A stretch of 64,000 bases of DNA from Candidatus Uhrbacteria bacterium (GTDB lineage Bacteria > Patescibacteriota > Patescibacteriia > UBA9934 > GWF2-40-263). Location: NCBI GenBank assembly GCA_037131775.1, contig JBAXQK010000004.1, positions 11,054 through 75,053 of the forward strand, read 5' to 3'. Every line of letters starts with the position of its first letter. Positions within the stretch are counted from its first letter, which is position 1. The position numbers were made by a program, and so were the translations under genes. Shown here one piece after another: positions 37,909-50,507 of this stretch. The notes beneath the pieces are model-generated. The model did no database searches. It saw nothing but the letters and a program-made list of their open reading frames with translations, and was not told the origin of the DNA.

Positions 37909-37929
37909 CCCGAAAACGGGCTATTTTTA
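37908..37929 (+). terminator. intrinsic terminator after the GGDEF gene
   Basis: gcccg-aaaa-cgggc hairpin followed by a T-run. Confidence 0.6.
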
Positions 37930-37992
37930 ATAGAAAAACACGTTATCCACAGGTATGGATCCTGAACTGTGGATAGGTGGTTGGCACAGCCC

Positions 37993-38021
37993 TTGACACG
38001 CTTTTCCGCATCAAGTATTAT
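37993..38021 (+). promoter_or_regulatory. sigma70 promoter of the 23S-5S rRNA operon (TTGACA-N17-TATTAT)
   Basis: Consensus -35 at 37993..37998 and -10 at 38016..38021, ~225 nt upstream of the 23S 5' processing stem. Confidence 0.65.
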
Positions 38022-38243
38022 TTCGCCACAACCAAGGGGAAAGATACCTTCTGTGTCCCGAGAATGTCCTGATTGAACTGGATGGGATGGAGGGAAGGCC
38101 GCGAGTCGATTTCGAACGCGGTTTTTGTATCCAATTCGCCTGTGGCCGATCGTTCACAATTGAGAGTGATAGAGAATCCAAATAAGAATTGATAGTTCAA
38201 TCCTGTTTGAGGACCGTGACCTTCTAACCGTCACGATCTGAAT

Positions 38244-41324
<3,081 letters not shown>

Positions 41325-41372
41325 GTTTGGATCAGATCTCTCCACTCAAAAACAAGAAAGGGTTCCATTGTC

Positions 41373-41480
41373 TTGGTGCCACTTCCCAACGGGTCACACC
41401 TGTTCCCATCTCGAACACAGAAGTTAAGCCGCATGGGGCCGATGATAGTGCGATTGCGCGAAAGTAGGTGGGCGCCAGGA
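41373..41480 (+). rRNA. rrf: 5S ribosomal RNA
   Basis: CACCTGTTCCCATCTCGAACACAGAAGTTAAGC matches the 5S consensus. A hairpin terminator follows at ~41487..41535. Confidence 0.85.
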
Positions 41481-41566
41481 CAATGAAACTCTTTCAAACG
41501 AAGATACCGCGTCATTGACGGGGTATTTTTCGTTTGGTAAGGTTCTCACGTTCTTTGGATAGAAAC

Positions 41567-42409
41567 ATGGAAATTCGACCGTTGAAAGATGACGATGCCC
41601 TCCCGAACGAGATGAAGATCGAGCCCTCCTACCTGAAACGAGCTCGTGACTCCGGAAGGTACTTTCCATTCGTCGCCGTCGAGGGCGGTCGCGTGTGGGG
41701 ATTCGCCGAGGCGACGCTCCAGTTCCATCCGACGCGCGGAACGGCCATGCGCGTTCGGTTCGTCTACGGGCCCGACAAGGCGTTGCGCCCGTTCCTCGCG
41801 ACGTTCTGCCAGTACGCCAATCGCATGAACCTGTGCGCCGTCTACCTGACGTCTTCCCCGTACCATCCGGAGCTCTGCACGGCCGCAAGGTTCGCGAAGT
41901 TCTCACGGATCGAAGGCGACGTCGCCATGCGGCGCGGGAATGAGCGCCTCGACCCGTTCTCCGTTCCGGACATTCGGATTCGCTCAATGATGCCAAGCGA
42001 ATACCTGCGTATCCGCAACACGATCCTTCCCCTCGTCAGCAAGGGGCCATACGTCTCGAACCAGTCCGAGGTATCGCTCCATGTCGAATCGAGGCTATTT
42101 TTCCCGATGGTAGCCGTCTCCGAGGCCGAACAGGTCGTCGCGTATGCCGAGCTTGCCCTCGGGCACGCGGGACTCGCGAGCTGCTACGTCGGCCGCGTCG
42201 AGCGCGTCGTGGTCGACCCGCTTTTCCGCGGAAGAAGGATCGCCCGGCTTCTTGTCGGCGAACTCGTTCGCAAGGGGCGCGACCTTGGTTGCGAGCACGT
42301 CGGTCTCCTGGTCGCGAAGAAAAACGCCGCCGCGCTGAAGACCTACGGGGGGATCGGCTTCGTTCCGACCGCCGAGATCCCATACTGGCTGGACTGTTCC
42401 GCTGGCTGA
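41567..42409 (+). CDS. GNAT family N-acetyltransferase (two GNAT-like halves)
   Basis: ATG at 41567. Motif A RVVVDPLFRGRRIARLLVGEL...GIGF. Confidence 0.6.
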   Translation: MEIRPLKDDDALPNEMKIEPSYLKRARDSGRYFPFVAVEGGRVWGFAEATLQFHPTRGTAMRVRFVYGPDKALRPFLATFCQYANRMNLCAVYLTSSPYHPELCTAARFAKFSRIEGDVAMRRGNERLDPFSVPDIRIRSMMPSEYLRIRNTILPLVSKGPYVSNQSEVSLHVESRLFFPMVAVSEAEQVVAYAELALGHAGLASCYVGRVERVVVDPLFRGRRIARLLVGELVRKGRDLGCEHVGLLVAKKNAAALKTYGGIGFVPTAEIPYWLDCSAG

Positions 42410-42574
42410 CCCTTTCACGAGGGTCGTTTTTATTAGGGAACCGGTGTAAACTGTCCCTGTATGGACGAAGAAACATGCTGGATTTGCGTCGTTTTGAAGT
42501 ACGGCTTTTCCATGACGATCGGATTCGTCATTGGCATTGCCTGGATGTCGTTCAAAGGATAAACTGCCCGTACT

Positions 42575-43330
42575 ATGAAATTTCGCACTGTCATTCTCGC
42601 GGCCGGAAAGGGGACCCGAATGGGATCCGACAAGCCGAAGGTTCTGCTTACGATCGGCGGAAAGCCGATTCTCCAGCATCTCATTGAGTCGATCAAGGCG
42701 TCGGGAATCGACGGTGTTCCGGTCGTGGTCGTGAACCCGGACAGCGGAACCGGCGTCTGCGAGACGTTCGGCGAGGCGTGCAACTACGCGGTCCAGGAAG
42801 AGCCGCTTGGAACGGGCCATGCCGTCATGTCCGCCAAGGACGCGGTTGGCGAGTCCGACGCGGTGATCGTCCTCTATGGCGACCACCCGTTCGTGTCTCA
42901 GGACGCCCTTCGCCGCCTCGTCGAGATCCACTCCGCCACCTCTCCGGCCGTCACGATCATGACCACCACCGTCCCGTCGTTCGACGGCTGGCATTCGGCA
43001 TTCCGGCACTGGGGCCGCATCCTGCGCGACACGCACGGGCACATCATGGGCATCCGCGAGTACAAGGAAGCGATGGAATCCGAACGGGAGATTCGCGAAG
43101 TGAATCCCGCGATGTTTTGTTTCGATGCGAAATGGCTCTGGGAAAATATCCAACAGATCAAGAACCTGAACGCGAAAGGCGAGTATTATCTCACCGACCT
43201 CATCGAGCTTGCCGTTACGCAAGGGCATGACATCATGGGATCGGAGATCCTCCCCGAGGAATCGATCGGCGTCAACACGCCGGAGGAATTCGCGCTTGCC
43301 GAAAAGATCTATCGCGACCGGCAGGTATGA
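42575..43330 (+). CDS. sugar-1-phosphate nucleotidyltransferase (GlmU N-terminal domain-like, no acetyltransferase domain)
   Basis: VILAAGKGTRMGSDKPKVL and EEPLGTGHA motifs. Promoter-like TTGCCT-N17-TAAACT at 42531..42565. Confidence 0.75.
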   Translation: MKFRTVILAAGKGTRMGSDKPKVLLTIGGKPILQHLIESIKASGIDGVPVVVVNPDSGTGVCETFGEACNYAVQEEPLGTGHAVMSAKDAVGESDAVIVLYGDHPFVSQDALRRLVEIHSATSPAVTIMTTTVPSFDGWHSAFRHWGRILRDTHGHIMGIREYKEAMESEREIREVNPAMFCFDAKWLWENIQQIKNLNAKGEYYLTDLIELAVTQGHDIMGSEILPEESIGVNTPEEFALAEKIYRDRQV

Positions 43331-43875
43331 AGCTTATAGTCGTCGGCGGGTCGCTCGCGACGGGGAAATCGACGATATCGACGCTGATCGCTGAGAAGAC
43401 GGGGTTTGCGCGTGTCTCGCTCGACGAGATCAAGGAGGCGCTGTTCGATCTGGTTGGATATCGAGACCGCGCGTGGTCGAAGGAGATCGGCCGCGTCGCG
43501 TTCCCGGCGTTTCGCGATTGCATCGAGCTGCATTTGCAGCGCGGCGACTCGGTGATCGCGGACGCGACGTTTCTTTGGGTTTCCGACGCCGATTGGCTCC
43601 ATGAGTTTTCCGAAAAATACGGCGCCGAGATCGTCCAGGTCTGGCTCACCGCCGACCCGCAGATCGCGCGACAGCGCATGATCGTCCGTTCGCAGACGAC
43701 GCGCCATCCGGGCCACAACGACGCGCTCGAATCCGTCATGGACGAGTTTGACGAACGATTTTTCAACAAGACGTTCATCCCGCTCCCGCTTCGCGCAAGG
43801 ACGATCGTCGTGGACACGACGGACATCGGCGCGGTCGACCACAACGGGATCGTCGCGTTCGTCCGCGATCCTTGA
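43327..43875 (+). CDS. P-loop kinase-like ATP-binding protein
   Basis: Walker A GGSLATGKST. ATGA overlap with the upstream gene. Confidence 0.55.
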   Translation: MKLIVVGGSLATGKSTISTLIAEKTGFARVSLDEIKEALFDLVGYRDRAWSKEIGRVAFPAFRDCIELHLQRGDSVIADATFLWVSDADWLHEFSEKYGAEIVQVWLTADPQIARQRMIVRSQTTRHPGHNDALESVMDEFDERFFNKTFIPLPLRARTIVVDTTDIGAVDHNGIVAFVRDP

Positions 43876-43937
43876 CAGGATCGCGGATTTTTGATAGGTT
43901 TGCCTGCCGTCATCCAGACGGTCTCCCAGGAGAAACG

Positions 43938-44822
43938 ATGAAGCGGATACTCAGACACAAGCTCTTCCTGCTCTTTTCCGGTGCGTTGCTGACCGTTGTC
44001 GCCATGGGCCGCCATGTCGATGCCGGTCCGAACATCGCGGAGAATGTCGTCTCGGGGCCTGGCGGAACGCGATGGCCGGACATTCCGTATGCTCCGCCGC
44101 CGGACTTCGGCGACCCGATCGCGCTTCCCGGGCTTCCTTCCATGCCGATCTGGTATCGGATGGGGTACCTGACCCTGACAAAACCAGTCCTGGGGATCGC
44201 GAGATCCCGGCTGGACGCGCTTGTCGCCGCGCATCCGGACGCGGCGTTCCGGAGTGCGTTCCAATCGGAGGTGTCGTCGGGCGCGCTAAATATCCAGTGG
44301 ACGGACTGGCCGGCGTCGCATCCGGCATCCTTTTGTCTCGAGCCCGCGGGCCTTGAGCCCGGCGACGCGTTCGACCGCGACTCGGCAAGGCTCCAGCCCA
44401 CGATGTTTCTCAGCCTGTATGCGATCAACGACGCGGACACGTGGGACGAGCAGGTTGAGTTCCTGCTGACGCTCGAGCACGAATTTCTTCATGCGAGACA
44501 GGCACGGGAAGAGACGGAGGCTGAGCGACGTGACGCGCATATCGACCGCGCATACCTCCGTCCTGCTCCGCAGACTCGGGAACAGTGCCGTCACCGGTGG
44601 CGCGACGAGCGCGAGGCGTACCTTCTCGAGGCCCGTGACACGTACGCGTGGGGCTACCGCGATGGCGTATCGAATCTCAACGCACGGGTACAAACTCCCG
44701 CCGCGTTCGACCAGATCCTGTTCATGCAGTTTCTGTACTGGTACGGCAACGCGTATCCGGAATGCGTCCAGGATTGGGCCGAGTTGGCAGGCGCTCCCAT
44801 GGACGACCCGCCACGCCCCTAG
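43938..44822 (+). CDS. secreted HExxH-motif protein (putative zinc metallopeptidase)
   Basis: ATG at 43938 with SD GGAGAA, signal peptide, TLEHEFLHA motif. Confidence 0.45.
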   Translation: MKRILRHKLFLLFSGALLTVVAMGRHVDAGPNIAENVVSGPGGTRWPDIPYAPPPDFGDPIALPGLPSMPIWYRMGYLTLTKPVLGIARSRLDALVAAHPDAAFRSAFQSEVSSGALNIQWTDWPASHPASFCLEPAGLEPGDAFDRDSARLQPTMFLSLYAINDADTWDEQVEFLLTLEHEFLHARQAREETEAERRDAHIDRAYLRPAPQTREQCRHRWRDEREAYLLEARDTYAWGYRDGVSNLNARVQTPAAFDQILFMQFLYWYGNAYPECVQDWAELAGAPMDDPPRP

Positions 44823-44871
44823 CCGCCCTCGACTGGCGGCTTTTTTCTTTTTCCGATACGCTTGGCGTATT

Positions 44872-46125
44872 ATGCGCCTCATCACCGACTGGCACGTCCA
44901 TTCAAAATATTCTCGCGCCTGCTCGCAGAGCCTGACGTTGCCGAACATCGCCGCGATGTGCGAGCGGAAGGGAATCGACGTGGTCGCGACGGGCGATTGG
45001 ACGCATCCGGCTTGGTTCGCGCACCTGCAGGAGAATCTCGTCGAGAGCGAGCCGGGAATCTATCGCTTACTACCAACACCGAGCGTTGGTAGTGGACTAC
45101 CAACGCTCGGTGTTGGTAGTAAGATGCGGTTCATGCTTGTCACCGAGGTTTCGCTGATCTACTCGAAAGGCGGGAAGACGCGGAGAATCCACAACCTGAT
45201 CTTCTCACCCTCGCTCGAGACGTGCGCGAAGGTAAACGCCGAGCTCGATCGGCGGGGACTCAATCGACGGTCCGACGGTCGGCCGATCTTCGGGCTCGAT
45301 TCCGAGGAACTGTACAAGATCCTCAAGTCGATCGACGAACGGATAATTGTCGTACCAGCCCATGCGTGGACGCCGTGGTACTCAGTCTTCGGTTCGAAGT
45401 CCGGGTTCGACAGTCTCGATGATTGCTTCGGAGAGATGACGAAGTATGTCTACGCGATCGAAACTGGCCTCTCGTCGGATCCCAAGATGAATTGGCGGGT
45501 TTCCGGGCTGGATTCCGTCACGCTCATCTCCAATTCCGACGCGCATTCGCCCGACAAGCTGGGGCGCGAGGCGAACGTGTTCGATCTCGACACCGTCTCG
45601 TACGACGAGTTCGTCCGCGTTTTGCGCGACAGGGACGCGGCGAGATTTCTTTCGACGATCGAGTTCTTTCCCGAGGAAGGGAAGTATCACCTCGACGGCT
45701 GTGCGAACTGCGGATTCTCGTCGGTCCCGAAAGAATCAAAGCGATTGGGACTGCGCTGTCCGAAGTGCAAGAAACCGCTGACGCTCGGGGTTCAGTATCG
45801 CGTCGACCAGCTTGCCGATCGTGACGGGACCAAAGTCCCCGGGAAAATTCCATACCATTCCATCGTTCCGCTCAAGGAAATCATCGCGGACGTTTTCGGC
45901 GTCGCGTCGACCTCGTCCAAGCGCGTCGCGGCAGAGTACGACCGACTTACCGATCGCGTCGGAAACGAGCTCGACATCCTTCTTTCCAAGGACGTCGCGG
46001 AGATCGCGAATGAATCGACGAACCCGCGCATCGCCGAGGCAATCCTGCGCGTACGACAGGGAAACGTGCATCTCGTTTCCGGATATGACGGAATCTTCGG
46101 CACGGTCCGCGCGATCGAAAAGTAA
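44872..46125 (+). CDS. endonuclease Q (EndoQ) homolog: PHP domain plus C-terminal zinc finger
   Basis: N-terminus LITDWHVHSKYSRACS...GIDVVATGDW aligns to archaeal EndoQ. CxxC...CxxC zinc finger (CANCGF...RCPKCKKP). Carries the palindromic insert. Confidence 0.65.
   Translation: MRLITDWHVHSKYSRACSQSLTLPNIAAMCERKGIDVVATGDWTHPAWFAHLQENLVESEPGIYRLLPTPSVGSGLPTLGVGSKMRFMLVTEVSLIYSKGGKTRRIHNLIFSPSLETCAKVNAELDRRGLNRRSDGRPIFGLDSEELYKILKSIDERIIVVPAHAWTPWYSVFGSKSGFDSLDDCFGEMTKYVYAIETGLSSDPKMNWRVSGLDSVTLISNSDAHSPDKLGREANVFDLDTVSYDEFVRVLRDRDAARFLSTIEFFPEEGKYHLDGCANCGFSSVPKESKRLGLRCPKCKKPLTLGVQYRVDQLADRDGTKVPGKIPYHSIVPLKEIIADVFGVASTSSKRVAAEYDRLTDRVGNELDILLSKDVAEIANESTNPRIAEAILRVRQGNVHLVSGYDGIFGTVRAIEK
45070..45119. 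repeat. two copies of the 23-nt palindromic element in opposite orientation separated by TGGA, in-frame within endoQ
   Basis: ctaccaacaccgagcgttggtag-tgga-ctaccaacgctcggtgttggtag. Encodes LPTPSVGS-G-LPTLGVGS. Confidence 0.8.
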
Positions 46126-46195
46126 AAACTTACGCAACGCAAAACTCCCCGTCGCGTCACGGGGAGTTCTGCGAGTTATCCGGTTGACCGACTGA

Positions 46196-46294
46196 CTAGG
46201 CGCGCTTCTTGGCGGCTGCCTTCTTCTTCGGGGCGGCTTTCTTGGCGGCGACCTTCTTCACGGCTTTCTTCACGGCTTTCTTTGCTACTGCCAT
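46196..46294 (-). CDS. 32-aa Lys/Ala-rich basic protein (histone H1-like tail)
   Basis: MAVAKKAVKKAVKKVAAKKAAPKKKAAAKKRA. TATAAT -10 about 80 nt upstream on the minus strand. Confidence 0.45.
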   Translation of the reverse strand: MAVAKKAVKKAVKKVAAKKAAPKKKAAAKKRA

Positions 46295-46443
46295 ATATTT
46301 ATGCGATGAGACCTTACTGTTTTTTAAAAAATTCTTCTGGTCGGAATCGCATGACGCAATGCGACTCTCGATTAGTAATATTATACGCGCAAAAAAAATT
46401 TGCAACAAGTATTTTGTGCAAATTTTTTTTAGAACTATTTTTT

Positions 46444-47784
46444 TTACGCCTGCACGGTCACCGGAATTCCGACGTCGCTCCACTCGTAAATCCATTTGAT
46501 GTCTTCGAGCGAGACGTTCACGCAGCCGTGGCTCAGCGTGTATCCGAAGGCGTGGTTCCATGGCGCGTAGTGGATATAAATATGTTCGGCGAAGCGCAGG
46601 TTCCACGGAATCCAACCGAGATCGTACGCCTCCGTTCCCGTTCCGCCGGCGTAATGGACGAGTGGAATCTTGGCGATGATCGCGTGGTCGCCGAGCGGCG
46701 TCTGATAGGGGGCGCGGGCGGTCGAGACAAGAAAACTATCGTCAACCAAGCCATTATTGTATGCGTATAATCGCTGCTCGGAAAGATCGACCATGACCGA
46801 CTTTCCCGTCGCGCTCCCTCCGTACAATGCGCGCGAATCGACGACGACCGTCTCCGTCTTTCCGTCTCCGTCTATGTCTCCTGCGGCGGCCGCGATGGTG
46901 CCGTGCGCGTTCCCGTAAGATGAACTCACGAATGAGTCAGCGTCGATGATCTGCGCGTTCGACGTCGTGCGGTACGTCCGCCCGCCCGCGAAAAACATTC
47001 CCGTCGCTCCGTCCGCGTCGTCGTTCTGCGCGACCGAGGCGACGATATTTTTATCTGTGGATAACTTTGTGTCGAACGTCTCGTGATCTTTTCCTTTTTG
47101 CGCCGCAACGCGCAAAATTTTATTTCCGATCGCGCCGACGACGCCGCGCGTGTCCGTCGCGTCGAACAAAAAGAATTCTTGCGCGAGGGCCATCGTCCCG
47201 TTCGTCCGTTTCCAAATCTTAATGTCCGGTCCCGATCCCGCCGCCGGAAGCGTCGCGAGTTCCGCGCGCCCGTCGCCGTCCATGTCGCCGCATGCGAGGT
47301 TTACGCCGTTCGCGTTCGCCGCGTCATACGCGAAGAATCCCGGGTCGATCAGCGTTCCGAAATTATTGAAGACGCGCACGTGCGATGCCCCGCCGCGCAT
47401 GGGAACGGTGACGATCTCATTCGTGCCATCGCCGTCGAGGTCGCACGCGGCCACGTTCACGCCGACGCCCATCGCCGCGTCGTACGCAAGGAACGACCCG
47501 ATCTCCGAACCGTCCTGGCGAAGCACGTGCACGCGCGGCTCGTTCCCAAGCCCGTTCCCGAGGATGATTTCCGCGATCCCGTCGGATCCGAGGTCCGCGA
47601 CCGCCACGCTCATCCCTCCCGCGTCGTTCGCGGTAACCACGGAAAAAGAAGATCGGACGGACATGTCCGGGTTCACGATCCTGACGACGATCTCCTGCGG
47701 CCTGTTTTTCGCATAGGCGGTTTCGACCGGAACGGAGGCGGCGACGAGGGAAAGGATGGCGAGAACGACAAAAAATCTTTGCAT
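46444..47784 (-). CDS. L,D-transpeptidase with N-terminal FG-GAP/VCBS repeats
   Basis: ATG at 47782-47784. C-terminal YkuD motif LSHGCVNVS. Multiple DxDGDG FG-GAP-like repeats. Confidence 0.7.
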   Translation of the reverse strand: MQRFFVVLAILSLVAASVPVETAYAKNRPQEIVVRIVNPDMSVRSSFSVVTANDAGGMSVAVADLGSDGIAEIILGNGLGNEPRVHVLRQDGSEIGSFLAYDAAMGVGVNVAACDLDGDGTNEIVTVPMRGGASHVRVFNNFGTLIDPGFFAYDAANANGVNLACGDMDGDGRAELATLPAAGSGPDIKIWKRTNGTMALAQEFFLFDATDTRGVVGAIGNKILRVAAQKGKDHETFDTKLSTDKNIVASVAQNDDADGATGMFFAGGRTYRTTSNAQIIDADSFVSSSYGNAHGTIAAAAGDIDGDGKTETVVVDSRALYGGSATGKSVMVDLSEQRLYAYNNGLVDDSFLVSTARAPYQTPLGDHAIIAKIPLVHYAGGTGTEAYDLGWIPWNLRFAEHIYIHYAPWNHAFGYTLSHGCVNVSLEDIKWIYEWSDVGIPVTVQA

Positions 47785-47847
47785 ACGCCACCAGTATAAC
47801 ATTTTGCCTTAACAAACAAAAAATATCCTCAGCAAAAGGATATTTTT

Positions 47848-47923
47848 TGGTGGACCGTTAGGGATTCGAACCCTAGACCCCTGCCTTGCAAAGGCAGTGC
47901 TCTACCAACTGAGCTAACGGCCC
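47848..47923 (-). tRNA. tRNA-Ala (TGC)
   Basis: GGGCCGTTAGCTCAGTTGGTAGAGCACTGCCTTTGCAAGGCAGGGGTCTAGGGTTCGAATCCCTAACGGTCCACCA. Confidence 0.85.
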
Positions 47924-48026
47924 AAGTCGCTCATTTCGTTCCGGGAGTATAACAATCCATTGACAAAAAGGCAATTTTTAGCTAAGATTCGCCCTCCGGC
48001 ATTTTCCACGCCGGATAGGAGATTCG

Positions 48027-49514
48027 ATGTTTTTGAACGTGTTCCTTCCCGCGGTCATCTGGATGACCGCCGTCGCAAACGGGCTCGCATTCGCCTCGGC
48101 CCAGTCCGGTTGGGCGCTCTACGCGTCCTTCGCGGCGGTCATCGGGTTCTCGGCCTGCTCGGCGTTCTACGCGTGGCCGGTGACCGAGCTCCATCGGAAG
48201 GGGGTCGGAAAGGGCGGGCGCGTGATCGTCTACGGCATGGCGCTCGTCGGCGTGTCGTCCCAGGCGATCCAGCTCTTCCGGCCTGGTTTTCTGCTCGACA
48301 CGGACGTTGCCGTCACGGTGGCTTCGCGAAAACCCGTCACGGTCGATCTTGATCGAGGGATCAAGATGTACGTCCCCCCGTCGCCTCACCGGTCGCCGGA
48401 CCTTCCGTCCGACCTGCTCGGCGCGATCGCGCGAGGCAAGCGCATGATGGGGAAGGCCAGTTTTGACCAGGACAAGTGCCTGGGCGAGGGAGAGGGGTTC
48501 CGCAAGTGCCTCGGCAGCTACCTGCTGGCGGCCGTCGACAAGGACGGCGCGCTGCAGAAGGTCGACGTGATGCGGAAGCCGGACGGCACGTTCGTCTCCA
48601 CGCCGCCGAGCTTCTCGGTGGACAGGGAGTCGGGCGAGGGGTTCAACACCGCCTTCCGCGTTTCCTCGCCTCCCGGCTGGACGGTCGTGGCACTCCGCCG
48701 CCCCTACACCAAGGACGGGAACGTCGTCGCCGACACGTACGTGCCGTACAGCGCCGCGCTGAATACGGACGAGCTGGTGACGGAAGGGGCGCGGTACCTC
48801 GGCCTGATGCTGACCTCCGCCTCGCGGGAGCTGGAGGCCCGCCAGGTGGAGTCCAAGTTCATTCCCGGCAAGCTCGTGACCGACATCGGCACGAACGACC
48901 ACGTGGCCGCCCTCGTCATGACCGAGTGGGTGCGCGATCCGGAGGCGTTCGTGACCGGCACCGCCGCGGAGCGCGCCGAATTCGTCGCGCGCACGCTGGC
49001 CATGTTCGGCGCCAACCGAGGCCGCGCGTTCCGTTTCAGCCAGAGCGCGGTCGGCGCCAGCGGGATCGCGCAGGTGATGCCCGCGACGGCGAGCGGCATC
49101 GTCGACCAGTACGACGACGCCGGACTGGCGGGGTTCAACGACTTCGACCGGTCCGACCACCAGCAGGCCCTCAAGCTGTCGATCATCCACGCGGACGCGG
49201 AACTGTGGACGTTCGGCCAGAACAAGGCGCGGCTTGGCGAACTGACCGCGAACCCGGCCGCGTTCCGGCTCGTGCTCGCCTCCGGGTACAACTGCAACGC
49301 GCAGTACGTCGACGCGGTCATCCAGTCCCGCGGCGACGACTGGCGGAAGCCGTGCGGCAAGGAAGCCGGCGCCTGCAGCGACCTTCCGCTCGAGACGCGC
49401 AACTACCTCGTCAAGTACGAGGAGATCTACGGGCTGCTGTTCGACCGTGCCACGCACGACCGCGTCGCGGCGATCGTGAGCCCGCCGGTCGTCGCGGAAA
49501 CCAAAACGGAGTAG
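48027..49514 (+). CDS. membrane-anchored lytic transglycosylase (SLT) domain protein
   Basis: SD AGGAGA. N-terminal TM helices. SLT motif SQSAVGASGIAQVMPATA. Confidence 0.6.
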   Translation: MFLNVFLPAVIWMTAVANGLAFASAQSGWALYASFAAVIGFSACSAFYAWPVTELHRKGVGKGGRVIVYGMALVGVSSQAIQLFRPGFLLDTDVAVTVASRKPVTVDLDRGIKMYVPPSPHRSPDLPSDLLGAIARGKRMMGKASFDQDKCLGEGEGFRKCLGSYLLAAVDKDGALQKVDVMRKPDGTFVSTPPSFSVDRESGEGFNTAFRVSSPPGWTVVALRRPYTKDGNVVADTYVPYSAALNTDELVTEGARYLGLMLTSASRELEARQVESKFIPGKLVTDIGTNDHVAALVMTEWVRDPEAFVTGTAAERAEFVARTLAMFGANRGRAFRFSQSAVGASGIAQVMPATASGIVDQYDDAGLAGFNDFDRSDHQQALKLSIIHADAELWTFGQNKARLGELTANPAAFRLVLASGYNCNAQYVDAVIQSRGDDWRKPCGKEAGACSDLPLETRNYLVKYEEIYGLLFDRATHDRVAAIVSPPVVAETKTE

Positions 49515-49535
49515 GCTCTCTACTCCGTCTTTTTA

Positions 49536-50507
49536 TTACTTGATCGCGTTCGGCGGGACCTTGCCGTCGAGAAACGCCACGATGTTCTCGGCCGCGCGCC
49601 GGCTCATCGCCTGGCGCGTCTCGACCGTCGCGCTTGCCGTGTGCGGCGTGATGACCACGTTGTCGAGCTTGCGCAGCGCGAGCGGGATCTTCGGCTCGAA
49701 CTCGTACACGTCGATGCCCGCGCCGGCGATCTGCTTCTTCTGAAGCGCCGCGATGAGCGCCGCCTCGTCCACGACAGGCCCGCGAGAGGTGTTGATGAGG
49801 AACGCGGTCTTCTTCATCGCGCGCAGCTGCTTCGCGCCGATCAGGTGCCGCGTCGTCGGGAGCAGGGGGACGTGGATGGAGACGAAGTCCGAGCGCTTCA
49901 GCAGCTCGTCGAGCGTCAGGAACTCCGCGAGCTCGTCCTTCTCGATCTTCTCGTTCCGCTTCACGTCCGTGTAGATGATCTTCACCCCGAACCCGTCGTA
50001 CATCCGTTCCACGAGGTCCATCCCGATGAGCCCGGAACCCACGATTCCGAGCGTCTTTCCGACGACGTCCGTCCCAAGCAGCATCTGCGGGCCCCAGCCG
50101 ATGTACTTTCCGGCGCGGGCGAACCGGTCCGCCTCGATAAGGCGGTGGGCGAGGGCGAACATCATCGCGATCGTATGCTCGGCGACCGTCTCGGCGATTT
50201 CCGTCCCCGGCGTGTTCGTCACGACGATCCCGCGCTTCGCCGCCTCCTTCAGGTCGATGTTGTCGAACCCGACCGCGTAGTTCGCAATCATCTTGAGGCT
50301 GGGACCGGCCGCGTCGAACAGCTGCGCGTCCATCTTGTCCGTGAGGATCGATAGGATCGCGGTCACGCCCTTCGCACGCTTCAACAGTTCCTTGCGCGGA
50401 ATGATCTGGTCGATCTCGTACATGTCGACGCTAACGCGCTTGTCCTTCCTCAGAAGCTTGAGTCCGGCGTCGGGGATGGGTCGGGTGACGAAGATGCGTG
50501 GTTTCAT
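49536..50507 (-). CDS. D-isomer-specific 2-hydroxyacid dehydrogenase (glyoxylate/hydroxypyruvate reductase-like)
   Basis: NAD-binding GIVGSGLIGMDL. Catalytic R/E/H context in IHVPLLPTTRHLIG. Confidence 0.85.
   Translation of the reverse strand: MKPRIFVTRPIPDAGLKLLRKDKRVSVDMYEIDQIIPRKELLKRAKGVTAILSILTDKMDAQLFDAAGPSLKMIANYAVGFDNIDLKEAAKRGIVVTNTPGTEIAETVAEHTIAMMFALAHRLIEADRFARAGKYIGWGPQMLLGTDVVGKTLGIVGSGLIGMDLVERMYDGFGVKIIYTDVKRNEKIEKDELAEFLTLDELLKRSDFVSIHVPLLPTTRHLIGAKQLRAMKKTAFLINTSRGPVVDEAALIAALQKKQIAGAGIDVYEFEPKIPLALRKLDNVVITPHTASATVETRQAMSRRAAENIVAFLDGKVPPNAIK

Noticed and set aside
37943-37975. Calling the inverted DnaA-box pair an origin of replication.
   Set aside because: Only two boxes are present, with no AT-rich DUE and no dnaA or dnaN nearby. 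It is kept only as a candidate regulatory site at the rRNA promoter.
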